This document shows, one piece after another, positions 26,804-32,000 of a stretch of DNA of 32,000 nucleotides. The stretch comes from Tardiphaga sp. (GTDB lineage Bacteria; Pseudomonadota; Alphaproteobacteria; Rhizobiales; Xanthobacteraceae), in NCBI RefSeq assembly GCF_044336785.1, contig NZ_JBIIOT010000004.1, positions 1 through 32,000 of the forward strand, given 5' to 3'. Position 1 is the stretch's first letter. The number at the start of each line of letters is the position of its first letter. Under the pieces are notes generated by a model. It saw only the letters and a list, made by a program, of their open reading frames with translations, was not told the DNA's origin and made no database searches. A program made the position numbers and the translations under genes.

Positions 26804-27155
26804 AACATGAGGGGAGGTGGCACGCCGCAAGGCGCGTTTGAGTGGACTTGACGCTGCCCGTGCAAGCTGGATCGCCAGCAAGCCCGAGCCGCGCAACGCC
26901 TTACGGCGCGCCACCGCGACGTCTTGCTGGTCGAAGGACCGTTCTTCCGGGTACTGGGCACTTCCCATAAGGAAGCCATCCGACGGATTTCTCCGCCTTC
27001 GCCCGCACCACGTCCAGCCGCGTTAGCGGCAGGGCCCCGTAGTGGGCCCGGACGGTGACCCCCGACCACCCGAGTGCAGGAGGTACGTCCTCCCCTGCCC
27101 GCAGGCGCCGCATCTTGTCCCACTCAAAGACGCCTCATGAGAGCGCCCCTCGTGA
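26804..27155. other. ~350-bp non-coding element bounded by imperfect ~40-nt terminal inverted repeats (MITE-like or structured RNA)
   Basis: The left end aacatgaggggaggtggcacgccgcaaggcgcgtttgagtgg (26804-26845) aligns with the reverse complement of the right end ccactcaaagacgcctcatgagagcgcccctcgtgaac (27120-27157). The core aggcgNNtttgagtgg matches 14 of 16. An internal 8-bp stem CCAGCAAG/CTTGCTGG is present. There is no credible ORF. Confidence 0.3.
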
Positions 27156-27227
27156 ACAAGACAAACGGGATAATGGTGAGGATGGGAATTTTGTCAAGAA
27201 CAAAGAAAGAACACGCATTCGCAACTC

Positions 27228-27312
27228 TAGGGCGGATCAGCGGAGTGTGATCCGCCGGCCGAGCTGATGTGAGGAAGAACGGCGGATGACGGCTACGCCT
27301 TATCCGCCCTAC
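27228..27312. repeat. REP-like palindrome, same family as 18002-18083
   Basis: tagggcggatcagcggagtgtgatccgcc ... ggcggatgacggctacgccttatccgccctac, with outer arms tagggcggat and atccgcccta. Confidence 0.8.
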
Positions 27313-27321
27313 GGCTCCTCG

Positions 27322-27360
27322 CAAAAAAGCCGGCCGGCGGTTCGTCCGCACGGCCGGCTT
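27322..27360 (-). terminator. rho-independent terminator of the 27380-27884 small-gene pair
   Basis: Minus strand reads aagccggccg-tgcggacgaaccgc-cggccggctt followed by ttttttgc. It begins 20 nt after the stop at 27380. Confidence 0.7.
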
Positions 27361-27379
27361 TCAAAACTCAACGCAACGC

Positions 27380-27622
27380 TTACAGGCCGGTATAGCCCGC
27401 CTTGACCGGATCATTGCTGCCGTCGCGCTCGCGCAGATAGGTCAGGCCGCAGACCGTGAGACGCTGCATGTCGGTCTCGCCGCCATCGAACAGCGACTGC
27501 ACATATTCAGTGACCTTGACGCGCGCGTCTTCGCTCGCGGCTTCAGCGCGATTGGCCATTAGATTGTAGGTCTGCATGATACGGTCGATGGCAATTTGCA
27601 TGTCGTCTTTCCCCTTAGACAT
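27380..27622 (-). CDS. small hypothetical protein (73-80 aa)
   Basis: ORF MSKGKDDMQIAIDRIMQTYNLMANRAEAASEDARVKV... with host-like codon bias and a strong terminator. The internal ATG at 27601 is preceded by AAGGGGA at 6-nt spacing and may be the true start. Confidence 0.55.
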   Translation of the reverse strand: MSKGKDDMQIAIDRIMQTYNLMANRAEAASEDARVKVTEYVQSLFDGGETDMQRLTVCGLTYLRERDGSNDPVKAGYTGL

Positions 27623-27662
27623 GGTTTTAGTCAGACTTGGTTTCGCTAGACATCGGACGCGC

Positions 27663-27884
27663 CTAGTGCGGCGCGGCCTGGAATTGGGCTATCGCCCGAT
27701 TGGCAAGGCGGAGCTTGTTGCCCTCGCCGCGATGAAACGCCTGCACGATGATTTCGAGCAGCCGGTCATTGGTGACATACGTGTCCGGGATGGCGCCGGA
27801 GCGCCGCAGGAAATTGGCCGCGATCGCATAGGCATCGCCCACGGCCTCGACATTCATCACTTTCAGACCGCGTTCGACCAGCAT
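27663..27884 (-). CDS. small hypothetical protein (73 aa)
   Basis: MLVERGLKVMNVEAVGDAYAIAANFLRRSGAIPDTYV... GGAGA lies 7 nt upstream of the ATG at 27884. It ends 40 nt upstream of the next small gene. Confidence 0.55.
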   Translation of the reverse strand: MLVERGLKVMNVEAVGDAYAIAANFLRRSGAIPDTYVTNDRLLEIIVQAFHRGEGNKLRLANRAIAQFQAAPH

Positions 27885-28024
27885 GGCTCGATCTCCGATG
27901 ATGTGGAGATAAGTTGACTGGTGGAACTTGGTTCCATGACGGGGAATCTATTTCGGAAATGGGGCGGGAGGGAGTCATTGCGAGGTGAGCAATGAGGCGC
28001 CGCGAGCTTTCTTATCAAGATTTC

Positions 28025-28270
28025 TCAATCTGACTTAGCCAACCATAGAAACAGCGCAGCAAGTGCAAGCCCTGGAAGTCCGAACCAGACTGCGACGACA
28101 GTCACAACGTCAATGGTGAGGGGGCTTCTTGACTCCCAAAGAAACAGCCCAATGAGAAGCCAGGGGCCGAGACAGAAAAACGCTGCCAATAGATATCCAC
28201 GCTGGTTCATCGGCATTCCGATCGCTGCCTCAACGTAGTGAACTCGCGTTATTTCAGTGCCGTAGATCAA
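28025..28270 (-). CDS. hypothetical small membrane protein
   Basis: 81-aa ORF with two clear hydrophobic segments (YLLAAFFCLGPWLLIGLFLW; VVTVVAVWFGLPGLALAALFLWL). Lower GC than its surroundings, start uncertain, no good RBS. Confidence 0.35.
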   Translation of the reverse strand: MIYGTEITRVHYVEAAIGMPMNQRGYLLAAFFCLGPWLLIGLFLWESRSPLTIDVVTVVAVWFGLPGLALAALFLWLAKSD

Positions 28271-28304
28271 AACATGCTTGCATTGTTATGCGGCAAACTC
28301 CGCC

Positions 28305-28351
28305 GATGGGTTTCGCTTCGGCGCTGCGCGCCTGCGCTCTACCCATCCTAC
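28305..28351. repeat. half copy of the gtaggatgggttgagcg REP family
   Basis: gatgggtttcgcttcggcgctgcgcgcctgcgctctacccatcctac matches the right half of the 14068-14169 element. The preceding tgcggcaaactccgcc matches 31973-31988. I saw no left arm. Confidence 0.7.
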
Positions 28352-28364
28352 AGTTCACGCATCT

Positions 28365-28399
28365 CCAAAAACAAAAAGGCGCCCTGAGAAGGCGCCTTT
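28365..28399 (-). terminator. rho-independent terminator downstream of the Flp pilin gene
   Basis: Minus strand reads aaaggcgcc-ttctcag-ggcgccttt followed by ttgtttttgg. Confidence 0.7.
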
Positions 28400-28493
28400 C
28401 ATGTTCAGTGCAGCCTCATGGCTACTCCAAAAAATTGACCCACGCGACGGCTCCATATGGCAGAGCCTTCGCATCCCCAGCCACGGGCAGATC

Positions 28494-28658
28494 TTACTTC
28501 AGCGACGTGTTGAGCGTCGTGAACTTGGTGTTGAGCGTGCTGCCGAGACCATTCACGGCGGCAATGATCGCAAGTGCGATGCCGGCGGCGATCAGACCGT
28601 ATTCGATGGCGGTGGCGCCACGTTCGTCCTTCAGAAAACGTCCAAATGAAACCAACAA
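28494..28658 (-). CDS. flp: Flp/Fap-family type IVb pilin
   Basis: C-terminal part of ORF 28494..29042: (L)LVSFGRFLKDERGATAIEYGLIAAGIALAIIAAVNGLGSTLNTKFTTLNTSLK. It has the G/ATAIEYGLI Flp processing motif and a hydrophobic helix. No in-frame ATG is available. TTG at 28658 or 28655 is preceded by GGGAGAG, giving about 54 aa. Confidence 0.75.
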   Translation of the reverse strand: MLVSFGRFLKDERGATAIEYGLIAAGIALAIIAAVNGLGSTLNTKFTTLNTSLK

Positions 28659-29130
28659 AGTGCTCTCCCAGGTGCTGAAAATGAAACCGGAACCGCCGGT
28701 TCCATTTTGAGGAACCTGCCCAAAAGCCCTTAAAATTTTACCAATTGCGTTCGCTTTTGGCCAAGAAAATCGGAATCGCGCGCCGTAGACGCAAATATCG
28801 GACGAAAACGGCATATGGACCGCCATCAGCCTCCGAACAGAATGCCCAGCAGGTAAGGAAGGCTCACGGTGACGAGGAGCAGCGCGATGATGCCGAGCAC
28901 CATGCCATCCCCCTCTTCCGCGCGTCCGGGTGGCTTCGGGCCGATCCATCTGAGAATGTCGCGCCACACATCGGCACCCGATCACCTTGCTGCTCTGCGC
29001 GCGCGACGAAGGAATTCGTTTTGCGTCGCGGCGTCTTTGCAAAAGATAATTGCTGCAGACTGGTTAAGTTCAGGAACGTCGCCATCAATGCGGGATTGTC
29101 GCAGCGATCCGCAACCGATGGAGATAACCG

Positions 29131-29406
29131 ATGAAGAAGCTTCTGATCGGCGCAGCCTGCGCCCTCATGCTGTCGTCCACTTTCGCAGCCGCACAGTCCA
29201 GCCAGGGTAAAGGTGGTGCTGCGATGACCGGCGAGTCCGCAGACCAGACCAAGACGCCCGGTGCAGGCATGGCGCCCGCCAACCAGAACAAGGGCACCAT
29301 GAGCAAGGACAATATGGGCACCAGCGGCATGTCGAACAGCAAGAACATGGGCGGCGCCAACAAGAATGGCGACGGCCAGATGACCAAAGGCGGCATGAAC
29401 AAGTAA
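29131..29406 (+). CDS. small secreted Met/Gly/Asn/Lys-rich low-complexity protein
   Basis: 91 aa. Signal peptide MKKLLIGAACALMLSSTFAAA-QSS. The mature part has about 10 Met and no aromatic or branched-chain hydrophobic residues (MSKDNM, MSNSKNM, MTKGGMNK). GGAGA lies 6 nt upstream, and a terminator follows directly. Confidence 0.7.
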   Translation: MKKLLIGAACALMLSSTFAAAQSSQGKGGAAMTGESADQTKTPGAGMAPANQNKGTMSKDNMGTSGMSNSKNMGGANKNGDGQMTKGGMNK

Positions 29407-29415
29407 CGACGAGAG

Positions 29416-29446
29416 AAGGCCGCACCACGTGTGCGGCCTTTTCTTG
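29416..29446. terminator. perfect 10-bp hairpin terminator (aaggccgcac-cacgt-gtgcggcctt + ttcttg)
   Basis: Stem 29416-29425 / 29431-29440, followed by TTCTTG on the plus strand. It sits 10 nt after the 29406 stop and 10 nt beyond the 29456 minus-strand stop. Confidence 0.65.
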
Positions 29447-29642
29447 CTGATGCAATCATCCCTGGCCGAAGATCGCCCAGATCACAAAGGTCAGCGCGCC
29501 CGCGCACAGCACGGCGACGATTGCTGCAAGCAACTCGTTTTCCCTGCTTTCGTCTTCGCCGTCGAATTTCAACGCGATCACCCTTTGCACGAGTGAACGC
29601 GGCGGTGAAAGCGTAGTTCCGCTGGCACTGCCGGAGCGCTGA

Positions 29643-30050
29643 CTAGCCTTCCGCGGCGCGATGCGTCGGCCCCTGCCGAAAGCGATTGATGATCTGCAAT
29701 GCCGCCCATGGTCCGAGCACCGTGAGAAGCGCCATCGCGGCATAGAGCAGATATTTTGCCGGATTGGTCGATGAGGCGAGCGAGCCGTCGAGGCGAAGGA
29801 GTGGCAAGGCCGCTCCCATCAGCATGCCCTCGATGATGATCGCGACAAGTCCGCCAAGGAGGGCCGTGACGAGATTGACGATCCATCCGAGCGGGCCGCG
29901 CTGGTTCGCCCACGCCTCGTAAATGCCGACAGCGAGGATGATGACGAACGAGATCATCAGCATGCCCATCGGGCCACCGACGCTCGATCTGGTGCCGAGC
30001 AGATCCAGCAAAATCATCGCCACCACGGCGCCGAGTGCAATCATCTTCAT
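29643..30050 (-). CDS. hypothetical integral membrane protein (4 predicted TM)
   Basis: 135 aa. MKMIALGAVVAMILLDLLG..., MLMISFVIILAVGIY, WIVNLVTALLGGLVAIIIEGMLMGAAL, YLLYAAMALLTVLGPW. No family recognised. Confidence 0.6.
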   Translation of the reverse strand: MKMIALGAVVAMILLDLLGTRSSVGGPMGMLMISFVIILAVGIYEAWANQRGPLGWIVNLVTALLGGLVAIIIEGMLMGAALPLLRLDGSLASSTNPAKYLLYAAMALLTVLGPWAALQIINRFRQGPTHRAAEG

Positions 30051-30074
30051 GGCAAGACCCTTTGGGTAAAGCGA

Positions 30075-30509
30075 TTAGTCGCGCCCGGCATGGCCGGGTT
30101 CAATGCGCCCGGCGTCGCCGCCGTGCGGCGCAGACCCGACCAGCCACGAACAGATGGCCGCGGGCAGTCCCCATACCGGCCCGACATACCACCACACCTC
30201 GGCATAGCGCTGCATCAGCTCCGGCCCGCCGCTCTCGATGGTGAGGAGCAACAGCAGCCCGGCGGCCATGGCAAAGCCCGCCAGGAAACAGACGAGCGCG
30301 CGCCAGCGCCGATGCGACAGTCGGCGATCGATGGCCGCCGTGGCCCAGAGCGGCAACAGCGCGAAGACGAAGCAAACCATGAAAGAGGCCGGCCAATAGC
30401 GATCGTCCTCGAACACGGGTGCCGGACGGTTCACGATGGTGAGGCAGGCGATGCAATAGAGCCAGCTGAGAATTGGCCCGACCAGAAAGAATATGCGGTT
30501 GCGAGTCAT
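30075..30509 (-). CDS. hypothetical integral membrane protein
   Basis: 144 aa from ATG 30509 (MTRNRIFFLVGPILSWLYCIACLTIV...) with four hydrophobic segments. The ORF-track GTG start at 30596 adds a non-hydrophobic 29-aa leader. Start uncertain. Confidence 0.5.
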   Translation of the reverse strand: MTRNRIFFLVGPILSWLYCIACLTIVNRPAPVFEDDRYWPASFMVCFVFALLPLWATAAIDRRLSHRRWRALVCFLAGFAMAAGLLLLLTIESGGPELMQRYAEVWWYVGPVWGLPAAICSWLVGSAPHGGDAGRIEPGHAGRD

Positions 30510-30733
30510 GTCGGCGTCTCGGCGATCTGCTGCCGCGTTTGTCGCGATACGTCGCGTGACGTTCAAATCATGCGCTATCGTCTTCAACTTCTGCACTCAG
30601 ATGCAGCGCCATGAGCGCCTCCCCTCGCTGCTGATGAACCATTTGATCTGCGCCCAGACCAAGGACACATGAGCGCTCGCATGGCGACCGGCCATCCCCT
30701 GCTGCTCGCATCAACATGCGGAGACATACTCAC

Positions 30734-31573
30734 ATGCGCTTGTCCACATCCCGGCTGCTCGCAGGCATGGCCGTCGTTCTGTTCGCCGGCTTGCCGCATA
30801 CAGCTGCCGCCGACGAATGGACCTCCTGCGTCAAACTATCGGATAGCCTCGCTATCGCTGGCTGCACGCGCGCCATCGAGTCACAACAATATACGGGGCG
30901 CAGCCTCGCGCGGATGCATACGCGCCGCGGCGACGCCTATCGGGCGCAAGGCGATTTCGACCGCGCGATGGTGGAATTCAACGACGCGATGCGGATCGAC
31001 CCCACCTATTCGTCGGCCTACAACAATCGCGGCAATGCCTGGTATCACAAGGGCGATCATGACCGGGCCATCGCGGATTATAACGAGGCGATCCAGCGCA
31101 ATGCGAAATATGCCCTCGCTTACGCCAACCGCGCCGCCGCCTGGGCTGGCAAAGGCGACTTCGACCGCGCCATCGCGGATTTCGACACCGCGATCCAGAT
31201 CGATCCGAAAGATGCCGATGCCTGGTATGGCCGCGGCCTCGCCTGGAATAAGAAGGACGACAACGACCGCGCGATCGCGGACTACACTCAATCGCTGCAG
31301 CTCGATCCGAAATCCGCGCGCACTTATGTGAACCGCGGCACCGCCTGGGGCGAAAAAGGCGATCTCGACCGCGCCATCGCAGACTTCGGTCAGGCCATCC
31401 GCCTCGATCCGAAACTTGCACTGGCCTATTACAATCGCGGCATGGCGCTGGAGATGAAACATCGCCTGCAAGCGGCCCTGGCCGACTTCCGGATCCACGC
31501 GCAACTTGCGCCGTCCGATCCGAGTGGCCAGAGCGCGCTGAAGCGCGTGTCGGCGGAGTTGAAAGTGAAGTGA
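30734..31573 (+). CDS. secreted tetratricopeptide-repeat (TPR) protein
   Basis: Signal-like MRLSTSRLLAGMAVVLFAGLPHTAAA. Then about 7 tandem 34-aa units of the form GD(F/H/L)DRAIADF(D/N/T)xAIxLDPKxAxAYxNRGxAW. GGAGA lies 9 nt upstream of the ATG at 30734. Confidence 0.85.
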   Translation: MRLSTSRLLAGMAVVLFAGLPHTAAADEWTSCVKLSDSLAIAGCTRAIESQQYTGRSLARMHTRRGDAYRAQGDFDRAMVEFNDAMRIDPTYSSAYNNRGNAWYHKGDHDRAIADYNEAIQRNAKYALAYANRAAAWAGKGDFDRAIADFDTAIQIDPKDADAWYGRGLAWNKKDDNDRAIADYTQSLQLDPKSARTYVNRGTAWGEKGDLDRAIADFGQAIRLDPKLALAYYNRGMALEMKHRLQAALADFRIHAQLAPSDPSGQSALKRVSAELKVK

Positions 31574-31787
31574 CGGGCGCTGACATCGCGTGACGCCGGA
31601 ATGCTGAACATGATCAGACTGCACCTCCGGCAATCGTCTTGCCACCGTGTTGACGCGAGACTTGCCACGTGGCGGGCCTGGGGCATCGGTGCCTGATCAC
31701 GCGGAGAACACGGCATGCGCAAACGGAGCGGAGGCGGCTCGGCATCGACCTATCCGCGCTCGACCCATCCTGCATCTGCGTTTCTCC

Positions 31788-31822
31788 CAAAAGAAAAAAG
31801 GCGCCCGTTTCTGGGCGCCTTT
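31788..31822 (-). terminator. rho-independent terminator with no annotated gene upstream (candidate sRNA 3' end)
   Basis: Minus strand reads aaaggcgccc-agaaac-gggcgccttt followed by tttcttttgg. The 10-bp stem at 31797-31806 / 31813-31822 is perfect. Confidence 0.65.
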
Positions 31823-31931
31823 GTCGTTGTCAGTGCCGTCTGCATCTTGCGTGCATTTCGGCGTTGCTTTCGGAGGGCAAAATTCCGTTAGCGGCAGTGT
31901 CGACTTGGAGGGTCGAAGTAAACTCAGAGGC

Positions 31932-32000
31932 GTAGGATGGGTTGAGCGAAGCGACAACCCATGCTGTCTGTCGATTGCGGCAAGCTCCGCCGATGGGTTG
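31932..32000. repeat. REP-like element (gtaggatgggttgagcg family), truncated by window end
   Basis: gtaggatgggttgagcgaagcgacaacccat ... tgcggcaagctccgccgatgggttg parallels the copies at 14068-14169 and 28291-28351. Confidence 0.75.

Noticed and set aside
26377-27123. ORFs 26377-26787 (+), 26728-27123 (-), 26817-27026 (+) and 26901-27113 (-)
   Set aside because: They span REP hairpins and the TIR-bounded element, have Arg/Gly/Pro/Ala-rich low-complexity translations, and lack RBSs and domain motifs.
26804-27155. Identity as RNase P RNA, tmRNA, SRP RNA, a cobalamin riboswitch or a group II intron
   Set aside because: I looked on both strands for hallmark strings: GAGGAAAGTCCGGGC (RNase P), a T-arm GGTTCGA(A/T)TCC and an ANDN-type tag ORF (tmRNA), GGAAGGAAGCAGCC (SRP), a B12 box, and GTGCG with domain V (group II intron). 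None is present. The element is left unclassified.
28745-29134. 129-aa plus-strand ORF and the 182-aa minus-strand ORF 28494-29042 upstream of the Flp motif
   Set aside because: Both translations are Arg-rich and non-protein-like. Only the last ~54 codons of the minus ORF (the Flp prepilin) and a separate 25-codon mini-ORF show coding features.
30881-31645. 254-aa minus-strand ORF
   Set aside because: It is antisense to the TPR gene. The apparent internal periodicity is just the mirror image of the TPR repeats.

Overview
This is a high-GC alphaproteobacterial chromosome segment. The repeat families and gene order look Bradyrhizobiaceae/Nitrobacteraceae-like, which is an inference. Most of the window is housekeeping: acnB-type aconitase, guaA, a SulP transporter, rsmB, an MDR oxidoreductase, guaB, an MFS transporter, rlmE, a Ppx/GppA phosphatase and a CoxL-like molybdoenzyme subunit. 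Small accessory modules sit between these genes.

The most interesting locus is a compositionally foreign, low-GC insert at about 3130-5915, between a Tat-exported aldo/keto reductase and acnB. It carries a translationally coupled two-gene cassette. The first gene encodes a 517-aa ABC/SMC-type ATPase whose Walker A motif is preceded by an unassigned domain of about 190 aa. The second encodes a 291-aa zinc-ribbon HNH nuclease. The architecture matches Septu (PtuA/PtuB)-type anti-phage systems, but the ATPase has an atypical N-terminal domain, so it may be a divergent or undescribed variant.

Other accessory content:
- Two back-to-back vapBC-type toxin-antitoxin modules.
- A toxin-first RelE/ParE + XRE module with a duplicated palindromic operator.
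- A partial secreted PLA2-like gene with an in-frame 21-bp tandem repeat.
- An orphan Flp pilin with a TTG start.
- A Met-rich disordered secreted peptide.
- Several small membrane proteins and a TPR protein.
- At least four families of REP-like palindromic elements.
- A roughly 350-bp element bounded by terminal inverted repeats, with no ORF.
- A terminator-anchored candidate sRNA with CCUCC loop motifs.

I recognised no rRNA gene, tRNA gene, CRISPR array, transposase or integrase. The many long ORFs antisense to real genes are GC-driven shadow ORFs.
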